The position numbers and the translations under genes were made by a program. Positions 41,717 to 54,410 of a stretch of 64,000 nucleotides of DNA are shown here, piece by piece (the stretch's first letter is position 1; every line of letters begins with the position of its first letter). The notes beneath the pieces are model-generated. The model was not told the DNA's origin, did no database searches, and saw only the letters and a list, made by a program, of their open reading frames with translations. Origin of the DNA: Eledone cirrhosa (Eukaryota); NCBI GenBank assembly GCA_964016885.1, contig OZ024742.1, positions 66,402,001 to 66,466,000 of the forward strand. The letters run 5' to 3'.

Positions 41717-43552
41717 ATGGACGCTATTGACACGACGCATTCCACGTCCCCCAAGGAAAGTGATAGATAGAAGGTGATACAACGCTGTAAGCCTTCCCTC
41801 CTCACTCCCGCAAAAGACACCTCGGAATCAAAAGAAAAAAATGTGGAAATGGGTGAAAACCCCAAAAGTAACAATTACACAAACAAGAACAACAATGACA
41901 ATAACAACACAACCAACAACAGCAACAATGACAATAACAACACAACCAGCAACAGCAATAATGACAACACCAAAAAGGAAAAAAGCAAGCAAACACAAAA
42001 AACAACAACAACAATGATAACAACACGAAAGAAAACGGACCCACAGCTGCAGTCTCCTTCGCACAGGCGGTTCGAGAAACGCAGACATACAAGGCACTGG
42101 ACATCTCGAATGCCAAGAAATTGCTGAAAGAAGCAAGGAATTGTGTAAGTTTCGGGGAAGGTGGGGAATTCACAATTACCTCCCCCGAAGAAATTAGAAG
42201 GGACACAGTCCTCAGGTCCGTAATGTTTAGGACAGTTTCGAACGCGACTAAGAAACCGGCTCAATTCTCCCAAAGCGATATTGAGCTGGTCCTAAGTAGT
42301 GCCTGGAAGGATATCGCTTTCATATGGAAAGGGAAACTGTATGGAAGCATATCTGTTTTAATGCAAGATGAATTGGCGGCATGGAAATATTCTGTGTCGT
42401 TAATTGTATCCAAAGCATAAACCTTTTCCCCCACATATTTGGGGAAAAGAACTCAAAAGATAAGAATCTCGGGCATCAGGCCAAATGTGAGCATTTGGTG
42501 GGTGCTAACGTGATTCTTAGAAGATGAGGACACACTCCTTTCGATAGGCGAATCCACCGGGGGCATATGCGGCGGCAATAACCTTGAAGTTCTGGTCCAA
42601 ATGGGACCAGAACGGATAGCAAGAATACCGCAGCGTGTGTCTTTGGATGGAGTCGCCTTCATAAACATTTCTGTTGAGGGCAGGCGGCCTTCATGCTACC
42701 ACTGTTCAAGAAGTGGTCACCTGAGGGCTTCCTGTCCCCTTTTCAATGCCCCCTACCCCTCCCGACGCTTCTTCCCACCCCACACACAACACAACCACCA
42801 GCACCACCACCACAACAACCACAACACGAACAAATAACAACACAAGACACTGTCCCACCCAATCCCTCCCCACCTAAAATAAATACAAAAGCAACCACAA
42901 CAAAACCCCAAAATATACCCCTCCCCAACAACACGGATGAGGACCACTTATCAACGTCACCCAGTGACTACGAGGGAGAACCCCTTTCAACCGGTAAAAA
43001 GAAAGAAAAGAAGGCACCACATCAACAAAAATACAACAAACACACAGCCACCAGCACAAACAGAACAAACATGACAATTAAAAAACCCACCCCTCCCGAA
43101 AAGATAACACATACTACAAAACGCAAACACACACAAGAACAACAAACAAAAACAAACACAACACAACAAAAACAGTATACATACATCAACACAAACAACA
43201 AAACACTTGTGCAAACAATAGACAAAGACCCTTCGGTTTCCACCGAAGTGAAAATGTTCACCAACGCGGCGACTGAACCGCATTTAAAAATGATTAGGGT
43301 CCCAAGGGACACCTACGCAATGCTCAAACAGAACATTCCCGAGGACGTGGGGAACCCCTGTACTAGACCTAGCAACCGTGTCCTCTTGAAATGTTTCCCC
43401 ACCACCACCCAAACACCCCTCCTCCACCAACTACCCCCGCCCCACCACACACTGATGTCCCCACCACATCCCAAACCACCACCCCACCAAACAACCCCGC
43501 CGACACCCCCATGGAAATTGTGCTGCCTGGTCCCCAGGAGAAGTACAGGTAG
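41717..43552 (+). pseudogene. LINE ORF1 (gag-like) with CCHC zinc knuckle, disrupted
   Basis: SFAQAV motif, GRRPSCYHCSRSGHLRASCP, Asn/Thr/Pro-rich linkers; stops and frameshifts. Confidence 0.82.
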
Positions 43553-43595
43553 GTGTATTTTCCTTTTTCTCCACTCTAAACTCTTCACCACCAAC

Positions 43596-46313
43596 ATGGC
43601 TGTTATAAGAGTTGGATGTTTAAATGTGCGCGGCCTGGAGATGTCCTGGAAGCAGGGCAAACACTTAAATGACCTCAGGTCGCACAAAATGGAAGTGATA
43701 GCTATTTGGGAGTCCAGCATCAGCAGCGAGCACCAACTGGCCCCCATCTTCGACGACTTTGAGATCTATGCATCCCTCTGTCAGCCGGGGGGTGGGGGCG
43801 TGGTGGTCGTTCTGCTGCGAAAACACCTGGGCCTCGCAACACGGGAGGTACATCTGGACCCGGAGGGCCAACTGGTGGTTCTAAACGTCAACAGTAGTGA
43901 AGGTGGAGCCTTCAGGCTGGTGGCAGAGTATGCCCCATCTGGGACACCGCGACCGGACTTCTTCCATCGCCTAGAGACTTTTCTGGGAATGTCTTGCTCT
44001 TTGCTTTTAGTGGGGGACTGGAATGGTTATGGGCCGATTTGATCTGGCCGATAGATATCGACTAGATTTTCCGACTGTGCCCTGTGGACGTGGTCTAATC
44101 GCAGCGGAACATCTAGGTCGTACCTAGATAAGTTCTTAGTTAGAATAGAATCGATAGGTTTTAGTCAGCAATTAGCATCAGATACAAATAGAACTGAAAG
44201 GGAATTGATAGATGAAGTAGAAGAGGCGATTAGGAGTGGCAACGTGGCCAGCGTGCTGGCGTCAAGAACGGCCCTAGACCAGTTCTTTGACGCGAAGCAC
44301 GAGGGCTGCTTTGTCAGGAGTAAAATACGTGCTCTGGGTAACGAGGGAGCCAAGCTGGGCCCGAGCGACAGAGGCAAAAAGTGGAAACAAGTCCACGATT
44401 CGGTCTTTGAAGGACAAGGATGGACGCGTGATCCTTGAACTTGAGCGGCCTTTCAACGGCGCTTTGCATGATTGTTCGGGAGGGGCGGCGGGACAGGTGA
44501 GGCCATGGATTTAGGTCAATCCTCGACGGTCTGCCGCGGCTCTCGGACGGGGAGGCGAAGTCCTGCGAAAGGCCGATTTCAGCCGCTGAGATAGGGGAAG
44601 CGCTGAGCCAATGCGGCAAACGCAAATCTCCCGGTCTCAATACGAACTTTATGTAGCGATGCCGGACTTGTTCTCCAATCTCCTCGAGGCGGTCTACTGC
44701 AACTGGAAACAGAACGGGAGAATTCCCAGTTCTGTTACCAAGGGCGGAGTCACGCTGGTGAGGAAGGACGAGAACAAGGGGGATGAGATAGATAACTTCA
44801 GGCCCATAACTCTACTAAACACAGAGTTAAAGATTTTGGCCAAGGTGTTAGCAAAGAGGTTGGCGCTAGTCGTCGGGAACCTGGTGGGAGAAGCGCAGAC
44901 ATACGCAATCCCGTCCAGATCCATACACAACCTCCACCTCATGCGATACATTGTAGAGAGGGTAGGGAACGAACCCGGCTTTGGTGGGGCCCTGATCAAC
45001 TTGGATCAATCTAAGACGTTCGATAGGGTCGACCATCGGTACCTGGATGCGGTGCTTGCAGCGGCAGGCTTCGGACTCGTTTTCAGGGGCTGGATTGCTG
45101 CAATGCACAGCAGCAACACCTGCTTGAGGGTCAAGGTGAACGGCTACCTCTCGGAGCCGTTCCAAATCGCGCGATTCATCCGACAGGGATGCCCTCTCTC
45201 CTCCCTTCTGAATGTGCTGGCTCTCGAGCCACTACTGCGGAAGTTGGATCTGTTGCAGGGAATATCCTTGGAACTGGGATTGCGGAAAGCGGTGTCGGCC
45301 TACGCCGATGACGTGACAGTAATTGTGTCGTGCGTCTCAGAAATCGGGCAGATCGGCACCTTACTGGAGGAATACGAAAGGTTTACAGGAGCCAAGCTGA
45401 ACCACGACAAGTCCGTCGGTTTGCAACTCGGAACGTGGAGAGGCAAACCGATGCTCTACGACGACGTCGTCGGATGTGGACGGAGGGACCGGTGAAGCTG
45501 CTCGGGGTCTGGTTCGGACCTGACCTCCAGGTGGAGAAAAACTGGGACGAGGTAACGGTCAGGGTGTTTGCACTCGCCCAGAAGTGGGCCAAGTGCAAAC
45601 TATCCCTGAAAGGTCGAGCGGAGGTGGCGAACACTTATATAGCGTTCGTCATCTACTATCAGTGGAGACTCAACCTCAACATTCTATAGAGGGTTGGTGC
45701 GCAGCAAGTCCGACGACGCTCTCGGAGAGGCTCTTGTCATGGAGTAAGACAAGCTAACCAGTCTGTTCGGCCCGGGCCCGATGGACAATTTCCAAAAGTC
45801 CCTGGCTTGGCAGTGCTACCGACGAGCTCTACCCGTTCAGGACAATCTCTACAGACACGGATCTTCTTCGAGGGGTAGGGACCCCTCGAAGAAGATCTGT
45901 CCGAGATGCGTGCGTGACGAGGAAACCGTCGCGCACGCATACGTACACTGCCCGGGCGTTGCTGACCTGTGGGGATATGTGGAACGACTACAGTCGCGGA
46001 TGGGACCAATCCGGTTGACCACCTAGGACATTATCACGATCAAACCGCCTCGCCCCTTCAAAAACGAATGAGAGGCGGCTTTCCTCTGTGTGATAGCTAT
46101 GGCGAAAGAGGTTGTATGGTGGACGAGGTTGAAAGGGCTGAGGTCAGACAGTTTTCTCTCCGGCCAACAACTGGTCCTTTTTTCAAGTACCATTTTAGAA
46201 GAAGGATCAGAATGGAGAGAGAGGTGCTCTACGTCAGCAAGTGTTATGAAAGGTGGGTGAAAGTGGCGATAATGGCCTGATTGAAAGGGCCGTCTCTCTA
46301 TATCAGCCTGTAG
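43596..46313 (+). pseudogene. LINE ORF2 (APE-RT-CCHC) with deletions and frameshifts
   Basis: NVRGL, GDWN, NFRPITLLN, QGCPLS, YADD, CPRC..H...C across several frames. Confidence 0.92.
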
Positions 46314-46534
46314 GTGAGAGAGGAGAAGAAAGGGGAGAGGAAGAGAGCACCCGCTCTTTGTGCACATTTTTTTCGGTGGTGTGTGCGACCCACGTCAACG
46401 CCACATCCCATTTGAGGACTTCGATTGTTGAATTTTATTTGTTATATGTTTTTACACGTCCTTTGAAATGTATGTAAAATTCCCCCGTTGTATTTGTCCC
46501 AATCATTGATGCCCTGGTGGCAAATAAATAGAAA

Positions 46535-46611
<77 letters not shown>

Positions 46612-46681
46612 ATCTTGCTATTTCACTCTCTCACTCTCTATCTATCTATCTATCTATCTATCTATAAAAAAAAAAAAAAAA

Positions 46682-49600
46682 ATGAACCTAAAACTGATTA
46701 GGGTCCCTATACAAACTTATAGGTCCCTAAAAGAAACATTTGAGAAGGATGTGGGGAATTCCTGCGTGAAACCACTCAACCGCGTCCTTCTCAAATGCCT
46801 CCCCACCCCAGACACCCCCATTCCACCAGACCCCACCCCACCAAACATCTGCGTCCCCACCCCGCCGGAAACCACCACCCATCCAGACAACCCCTCCAAC
46901 ACCCCCATGGAAATCGTGCGGCCTGGTCCCCAGGAGGCGAAGGGTGAGTGATCTCTTTTCCTCTTTTAACTTTTCAGCACCAACATGGCCAATATAAGAG
47001 TTGGATGTGTGAACGTACGCGGCCTGGGGATGCCCTGGAAACAGGGCAAACTCTTAAACGACCTCAGGTCGCACAGTTTGGATGTGGTAGCCATTTGCGA
47101 GTCCAGGATCCACGGCGAGCGACAGCTGGCCCCCATCTTCGATGACTTTGAGATCTACGCATCTCTCTGTCAACCGGGGGGTCGGGGCGGAGTTGCCGTT
47201 TTGCTGCGGAAACACCTGGGCCTCGTAACACAGACGGTACATCTGGACCCGGAGGGTCGACTGGTGGTCCTAGACGTTGACGGTAGTGAAGGTGGAGCGT
47301 TCAGGCTGGTGGCCGCATATGCCCCATCCGGGACACCGCGGCCAGACTTCTTCAAACGTCTAGAGACTTTTCTGGGAACGTCCCGCTCCTTGCTTTTAGT
47401 GGGGGACTGGAATGGAATCCTAGATGCACGTTGGGACTATGTGGGAGCATGTCCCGATAAAGGGGGGTGTAACAGCCTCAAACAGTTAATCGACCGATTT
47501 GACCTGGCCGATAGATATCGACTAGATTTTCCGACTGCGCCACTGTGGACGTGGAGTAATCGTAGCGGAACATCTAGATCGTACCTAGATAGGGTTCTAG
47601 TTAGAAATAAGGATAGGGACATGTTAAGCTGTCCACAAATGTTCATGGTTGCCTATTCAGATCACAAACTAGTGACCTGCATGGCCAACCTTGATAGAAC
47701 CCATAGACAAGGACCCGGCTACTGGAAGCTGAACTTGTCGTTACCGACAAGCAAAGCCTACAGTAGACGGATTAGCACTTTAGTTAAACAGCACTTGACA
47801 GGGGCCATTGTCAACAACAGATGGTGGTACTCTCTCAAGAGGGCAGTTAGATTAGACTCGATAGTTTTTAGTAAAGAATTAGCGTTAGATAGAAATAGAA
47901 CCGAGAAGGAACTGGTAGATAAAGTAGAAGAGGCTATTAGAAGTGGCAACGTAGCCAGCGTGCTAGCAACGAGAACGGCCTTGGACCAGTTCTTCGACGC
48001 AAAGCACGAGGGCTGCGTTGTCAGAAGCAAAATACGTGCTCTGGGAAACGAGGGAGCCAAAGCTGTTAGCTGGGCCCGAGTGACGGAGGCAAAAAGTGGC
48101 AACAAGTCCACGATTCGGTCTTTGAAGGACCAAAACGGACGCGTGATACGTGAGCCGAAGCAGATGTGTGCGGCTTTTCAGCGGCACTTTGCTCGGCTGT
48201 TCGGGGGGAGCGGCGCGCCGGGAGAGGCTATGGATTTCGGTCCATACCTCGACGGCCTACCGCGACTCTCGGACAGCGAGGCGAAGTTCTGCGAAAAGCC
48301 GATTTCAGCCACTGAGATAGGGGACGCGCTGAGCCAATGCGGCAAACGCAAATCTCCAGGTCTCGACGGTCTACCCTACGAATTTTACGTAGCAATGCCG
48401 GACTTATTCTCCGGTCTCCTGGAAGCGGTCTACTGCAACTGGCAACAGAACGGGAGAATTCCCAATTCTGTAACCGGGGGCGTGGTCACACTAATCAGGA
48501 AGGACGAGAATAAGGGGGATGACATAGGCAACTTCCGGCCCATAACTCTGCTAAACACAGAGTTACAGATTTTGGCCAAGGTGTTGGCAAAGAGGCTGGC
48601 GCTTGTCGTCGAGAACCTGGTGGGAGAAGCGCAGACATGCGCGATCCCGACCAGGTCCATACACGACAACCTCCACCTCATGCGATACATCATAGAGAGG
48701 GTAGGGTGTAAACCCGGCTTCGGTGGGGCCCTGATCAACTTGGATCAGTCTAAGGCTTTCGATAGGGTTGACCATCGTTACCTGGATGCGGTGCTCGAGG
48801 CGGCAGGCTTCGGACCCGTGTTCAGGGGCTGGATTGCTGCAATGCACAACAGCAACATCTGCTCAAGGGTCAAGGTGAACGGTTACCTCTCGGAGCCGTT
48901 CCATATTACGCGATCCATTCGACAGGGATGTCCTCTCTCCTCCCTTCTGTACGTACTGACTCTCGAGCTACTACTGCGGAAGCTGGAGCTATTGCAGGGC
49001 ATCCCTCTGGAACCGGGACTGCGGAAAGCGGCGTCGGCCTACGCCGACGACGTGACAGTAATGGTGTCGAGCGCCTCGCAAATCGAGGAAGTCGGCACCT
49101 TACTAAAGGAATACGAAAGTCTCACAGGAGCGAAGCTGAACCGGGACAAGTCCATCGGTTTGCAACTCGGATCGTGGAGAGGCAGACCGATGCCTTCCGA
49201 TGGCGTCGTCGGACGCTGGACGGAAGGACCGGTAAAGCTGCTCGGGGTCTGGTTTGGTCCGGACCTCCAGGTGGAGAAGAACTGGAACGAAGTGACGGCC
49301 AAGGTGTTTGCACTCACCCAGAAGTGGGCCGAGTGCAAACTATCCTTGAAAGGTCGAGCGGAGGTGGCGAACACTTTTATAGCGTCCGCCATCTACTACC
49401 GCTTGACCGTCGTGCCTTGTCCAGCCAAAACGCTCGCCAAAATGGAGCGCGCCCTCTTCCGATTCCTTTGGAAGAGGCGGGCTCCTTTGGTAAGAAGATC
49501 CATCTGCTGCCAACACCCTTCTAACGGAGGGCTGGGGATGCCGTGGTTGACGATGCGCAAACACGCGCTCAGGCTGCGGCATCTCTACGTATTCCTCACC

Positions 49601-50690
49601 GGACAACCGGTGTGGGCCCCGTTCGTGAGGCGAGCCTTCCCACGACTCGTCTCGCTGACCGAGCTGCAGTCCTGGGTCAAGCAGAGACCGAGGAAAATGG
49701 GCGACTGGCACATCGAATGTGCTCAGGCGCTCACAGCCCTCTGGCAGGCGGACCCGGCGATCAGTGGAGACTCCACTTCGTCATTCTATAGAGGGTTGGT
49801 CCGCAGCAAGTGCGACGACGCGCTCGGTGAAACTCTAGGCGTGGAGGAAGATGAACTGGCCAGTCTGTTCGGTAGGACCTTCCGCCCGGGACCGATGGAC
49901 AACTTCCAAAAGTCCCTGGCCTGGCAGTGCTACCGAGGAGCTCTACCAGTTCGAGACAAGCTCTACAGACATGGGCGCCCGGGCAGGGACCCTGCAAAAA
50001 AGATCTGTCCGAGGTGCGTGCGAGACGAAGAAACCGTCGCGCACGCATTCATACACTGCCCGGGCGTCACTGACCTGTGGGGCTATGTGGAACGACTATT
50101 GTCGCGGGTGGGACCAATCCAGTTGACCACCGAGTCCATTGTCATGATCAAACCGCCACCCTCCTTCAAAAACGAAGGAGAGGCGGTTTTCCTTTGTGTG
50201 ATAGCTATGGCGAAAGAGGTTGTATGGTGGACAAGGTTGAAAGGGCTGAGGTCAGACACCTTTCTCTCCGGCCAACAACTGATTCTTTTTTTCAAATACC
50301 ACTTTGGAAGAAGAATCAGGATGGAGAGAGAGGTGCTGTACCCCAGCAAGTTTTATGAAAGGTGGGTGAAAGTGGCGAGAATGGCCCGAGTGAATGGGCC
50401 TTCTCTCTATATCAGCCTGTAGGTTGAGGAAAAGGAGGAGGAGAGGAAAGGAGTACAAGCTCTTCGTACTCCTGGAGATGAGGGTTGCACATTTTTTTCG
50501 GGGGTCTGTGTTACCCATATAAACTGTCTCCCTCTATTGGGGAAAATCGACTAACTTTTAAATTCCATCTGTGATAACATTTTACACGTTTTTATTGTAT
50601 GTAAACTTCCCCCTTTGTATTTGTCCCCTTCTTTTGTGCCCCTGTGGCTAATAAAGAAATATATCTATCTATCTATCTATCTATCTATAT
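46682..50690 (+). mobile_element. Tx1/L1-clade LINE copy 2, 5'-truncated within ORF1, intact ORF2, (TATC)n tail
   Basis: ORF1 C-terminus 46682-46951, ORF2, 3' UTR ending AATAAAGAAATA(TATC)n. Confidence 0.95.
46985..50422 (+). CDS. LINE ORF2 protein, 1145 aa: AP endonuclease, reverse transcriptase, C-terminal CCHC zinc finger
   Basis: NVRGL, ICES, YAP, GDWN, YLDR, SDH; SPGLDG, NFRPITLLN, DQSKAFD, RQGCPLS, YADD; CPRC..ETVAH...C; CCAACATGG start context. Confidence 0.97.
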   Translation: MANIRVGCVNVRGLGMPWKQGKLLNDLRSHSLDVVAICESRIHGERQLAPIFDDFEIYASLCQPGGRGGVAVLLRKHLGLVTQTVHLDPEGRLVVLDVDGSEGGAFRLVAAYAPSGTPRPDFFKRLETFLGTSRSLLLVGDWNGILDARWDYVGACPDKGGCNSLKQLIDRFDLADRYRLDFPTAPLWTWSNRSGTSRSYLDRVLVRNKDRDMLSCPQMFMVAYSDHKLVTCMANLDRTHRQGPGYWKLNLSLPTSKAYSRRISTLVKQHLTGAIVNNRWWYSLKRAVRLDSIVFSKELALDRNRTEKELVDKVEEAIRSGNVASVLATRTALDQFFDAKHEGCVVRSKIRALGNEGAKAVSWARVTEAKSGNKSTIRSLKDQNGRVIREPKQMCAAFQRHFARLFGGSGAPGEAMDFGPYLDGLPRLSDSEAKFCEKPISATEIGDALSQCGKRKSPGLDGLPYEFYVAMPDLFSGLLEAVYCNWQQNGRIPNSVTGGVVTLIRKDENKGDDIGNFRPITLLNTELQILAKVLAKRLALVVENLVGEAQTCAIPTRSIHDNLHLMRYIIERVGCKPGFGGALINLDQSKAFDRVDHRYLDAVLEAAGFGPVFRGWIAAMHNSNICSRVKVNGYLSEPFHITRSIRQGCPLSSLLYVLTLELLLRKLELLQGIPLEPGLRKAASAYADDVTVMVSSASQIEEVGTLLKEYESLTGAKLNRDKSIGLQLGSWRGRPMPSDGVVGRWTEGPVKLLGVWFGPDLQVEKNWNEVTAKVFALTQKWAECKLSLKGRAEVANTFIASAIYYRLTVVPCPAKTLAKMERALFRFLWKRRAPLVRRSICCQHPSNGGLGMPWLTMRKHALRLRHLYVFLTGQPVWAPFVRRAFPRLVSLTELQSWVKQRPRKMGDWHIECAQALTALWQADPAISGDSTSSFYRGLVRSKCDDALGETLGVEEDELASLFGRTFRPGPMDNFQKSLAWQCYRGALPVRDKLYRHGRPGRDPAKKICPRCVRDEETVAHAFIHCPGVTDLWGYVERLLSRVGPIQLTTESIVMIKPPPSFKNEGEAVFLCVIAMAKEVVWWTRLKGLRSDTFLSGQQLILFFKYHFGRRIRMEREVLYPSKFYERWVKVARMARVNGPSLYISL

Positions 50691-53600
50691 TGTAATGGTT
50701 ATCTGTGAGACTCGGATCAGCGTCGTGCGGCAGCTGCCCCTACCTTCGATGACTTTGAGGTGCATGCATCTCTCTATCAACCTGGAGGTGGGGGTGGGAT
50801 GTCGTACTGCTGGAAAAACACCTGGGTCTCGCCATACAGGTTGTTCACTTGGACCCGGAGGGTCGTTTGTTGGTGCTAGACGTTGGCAGTAGTGAAGGTG
50901 CGGCCTTGAGACTGATCGCCGTCTACTCCCCTTTCGGAGCTGAACGGCCCGACTTCTTCCAGCGTTTGGAGACTTTTCTGGGAACGTCGCGTTCCCTGCT
51001 TCTAGCGGGGGATTGGAATGACATCCTAGATGCACGTTGGGACTATGCAGGAACATGTCCTAATAGAGGGGGTGTAACAGCCTCAAGGGGTTACTCGACC
51101 GTTTTAACTTGGTCGATAGATATCGACTAGAATTTCCAACTGTGCCAACCTGGACTTGGACGAACGACACTGGTCAATCTAGATCGTACTTAGATAGATT
51201 CTTAGTTAGAAGTAAGGATAGGAACATATTAAGCTGTCCAGAAATGCTCACGGTTGGCTATACAGATCACAAATTAGTGACCTGCGTAGTCAATCTCGAG
51301 AAAAGACATAAACAGGGTCCCGGTTACTGGAAACTTAATTTGTCTTTACCGGCAAAAGAGAGTTACAGAAACCGGATTAGCAGATTAGTTAAGGGGAGGT
51401 TGACGGGTGCAATCGTCAACAACCGATGGTGGGCATCTCTCAAAAGAGAGATTAGGACAGAATCAATAAGTTATAGCAAGATGTTAGCTGCCGATAGGAA
51501 TAGAAACGAGAAAGAATTAACAGGTAAATTAGAAGAGGCAATTAAGAGCGAAGATGTGGCCAGAGTGCTGGCATCGAGGACGGCCTTGAACCAGTTTTTC
51601 GATGCAAAGCACGAAGGCTGCGTCATTCGTAGTAAAATACGTGCTCTAGGTAATGAGGGGGAGAAAGCCGTTGGCTGGGCCCGCGTGACAGAAGCTAAGA
51701 GTGGAAATCGATCCACCATCCAGTCTTTGCAAGACGAGGATGGACGGGTTATCCGGGAGCCTAAGCAGATGTACGAGGCCTTTCAAAGGCACTTTGCCCG
51801 ATTATTCGGGGGAGGCGAGGGTCCGCGCGGGGACGTGGATTTCGGTCCATACCTCGACGGCCTGCCGCGTCTCTCGAGCGAAGAGGCAGAGTCCTGCGAG
51901 GGACGAATCTCGGCTGATGAGATCGGGGATTCGCTGAGCCAATGCAGCAGACGCAAATCTCCAGGTCTCGATGGTATACCTTACGAACTTTATTTAGCAA
52001 TGCCGGTCTTCTTCTCCGAACTCCTCGAAGCGGTCTACTGCAATTGGCAGCAGAACGGGAGAATTCCTTGTTCTGTAGCCAAGGGCGTAGTCTCGCTGGT
52101 GAGGAAGGACGAGAACAAGGGGGATAGTATAAATAATTTTCGGCCCATAACCCTGCTAAACACAGAGTTAAATATTTTGGCCAAGGTGTTAGCAAAGAGG
52201 TTGGCGCTTGTCGTGGGTGGCCTGGTGGGAGATGCGCAGACATGTGCTATCCCATCCAGGTCCATTCACGATAACCTCCACCTCATGCGATACATCATAG
52301 AGAGGGTTGGAAACAAACCCGGCTTCGGTGGGGACCTGATCAACTTGGATCAGTCTAAGGCCTTCGATAGGGTCGACCATGGTTACCTGGATGCGGTGCT
52401 AGCGGCGGCTGGGATCGGTCCTGTTTTCAGAGGCTGGATCACTGCCTTACATAGCAACCACATCTGTTCTAGGATCAAGGTGAACGGCTACCTTTCGAAG
52501 CCGTTCGAAATCAAACTATCCATTCGACAGGGGTGCCCTCTCTCCTCCCTTCTGTACGTATTGACTCTCGAGCCTTTACTGAGGAAGTTGGAATTGTTGC
52601 AGGGTATTCCCCTGGAACCAGGATTGAGCAAAGCGGTGTCGGCCTATGCCGATGACGTAACAGTAATGGTATCGACCGACTCGGAGATCGAGGCGATCGG
52701 TACCTTACTGGAGGATTACGAAAGGTTGTCAGGAGTGAAACTGAACCGGGAAAAATCCATCGGGCTGCAACTCGGAACGTGGAGAGGCAGACCGATGTCT
52801 CCCGACGGTGTCGTCGGACACTGGACGGAGGGCCCGGTGAAGTTGCTTGGGGTCTGGTTTGGACCGGACCTCCAGGTGGAAAAGAACTGGGACGAGGTTA
52901 CGTACAAGGTGTTTGCACTAACCCAGAAATGGGCAAAGTGTAAGCTGTCCCTAAAAGGCCGGGCGGAGGTGGCGAACATTTACATAGTGTCCGTCATTTA
53001 CTACCGCCTGACTGTCGTGCCTTGCCCTAAGGAAACACTCACCACCATGGAACGCATGCTCTTCCAATTTCTTTGGAAGAAGCGCCCTCCTATGGTGAGA
53101 AGATCCATCTGCTGCCAACAACCTTCGAAAGGAGGGCTGGGGATGCCGTGGTTGATGATGCGTAGGCACGCATTAAGGCTACGGCACCTACAGGTATTCC
53201 TCACTGGTCAACCGGTGTGGGCTCCGTTCGTGAAACGAGCCTTTCCGAGACTCGTCTCGCTCACCGAGCTGCAGTCCTGGGTCAAGCAAAGATCCGGAAA
53301 ACTGGGAGACTGGCACACTGAGTGTGCTCAGGCGCTCAGGGCTCTCGGCAAGCGGGTCAAGCCATCGGTGGAGAATATCCACTTCATCATTCTATAGAGG
53401 GCTGGTGGCTAGCAGGGGCGATAACACCCTTGGAGAGTCGCTAGACATGGAAGAGGACGAACTCGCCAGCCTGTTCGGTATGACTTTCGGCCCCGGACCA
53501 ATAGACAACTTCCAGAAGTCACTAGCCTGGCAGTGCTACCGGGGGGCTCTACCCGTTCGAGAGAGGCTCTACAGACACGGGCGCCCGGGCTGGGATCCCT

Positions 53601-54105
53601 CGAAAAAGATTTGCCCTAGATTCGTGCGTCACGAAGAAACCGTTCCGCACGCATTGGTGCAATGTCCGGGCGTGGCTGATCTGTGGGGCTACGCCGAACG
53701 ACTGCTGTCAGGCAACTTCCTCTCTGGCCATATTCTGGTCTACTTCTTCCGATATCACTTCGGAAGAAGGATAAGAATGGAGAGAGAGGTGCTTGGCCAC
53801 AGGCAGTTTTATGAAAGGTGGGTGATAGTGGCGAGAAGGGCTCGTGTAAATGGGCCTTCTCTGTATACCATCCTGTAGGTAAATAAGTGAAGGAGAGGGG
53901 AGCACCTTCTCCATGTGCTCCCCGGGCAAAGGATTGCACACTTTTTCGGGGGTGTGTGCAAACCCCATCACGTCCCCTCCCTTTTGAGGTTGTTTTCGAT
54001 TATTTTCATTATTTTACTCGATTTGATGTAAACTCCCCCTTTGTATTTGTCCCTTCTTTTTATGCCTTTATGGTAAATAAAGAAATATATCTATCTATCT
54101 ATCTA
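50691..54105 (+). mobile_element. Tx1/L1-clade LINE copy 3, 5'-truncated in the APE domain, frameshifted
   Basis: 762-aa open segment 51109-53397 with YADD; C-terminus in another frame to 53878; (TATC)n tail. Confidence 0.94.
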
Positions 54106-54153
54106 TATCTTGCTAATTCACTCTCTCTCTCTATCTATCTATCTATCTATCTA

Positions 54154-54410
54154 GAGGAAAAGGAGGAGGAGAGGAAAGGAGTACAAGCTCTTCGTACTCT
54201 TGGAGATGAGGGTTGCACATTTTTTTTCGGGGGTATGTGTTACCCATATAAACTGTCTCCCTCTATTGGGGAAAATCGACTAACTTTTAAATTCCATCTG
54301 TGATAACATTTTACACGTTTTTATTGTATGTAAACTTCCCCCTTTGTATTTGTCCCCTTCTTTTGTGCCCATGTGGCTAATAAAGAAATATATCTATCTA
54401 TCTATCTATA

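Larger units (their letters stand above)
41443..46610 (+). mobile_element. Tx1/L1-clade LINE copy 1, apparently full length, degenerate, (TATC)n tail
   Basis: 5' UTR, ORF1 with zinc knuckle, ORF2 APE/RT/CCHC in broken frames; the 5' boundary is approximate. Confidence 0.92.

Noticed and set aside
42693-44042. 449-aa ORF apparently fusing ORF1 with the endonuclease
   Set aside because: Best explained by a frameshift in degenerate copy 1; copy 2 has separate ORF1 stop and ORF2 start.
46944-46977. GTGAGT..TTTTAAC..TTTTCAG intron-like signal between ORF1 and ORF2
   Set aside because: Only 34 nt, splicing would not fuse ORF1 and ORF2 in frame, and copy 1 lacks the AG acceptor.
47054-53382. Many antisense and alternative-frame ORFs within the LINEs
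   Set aside because: Expected shadows of GC-rich coding sequence.
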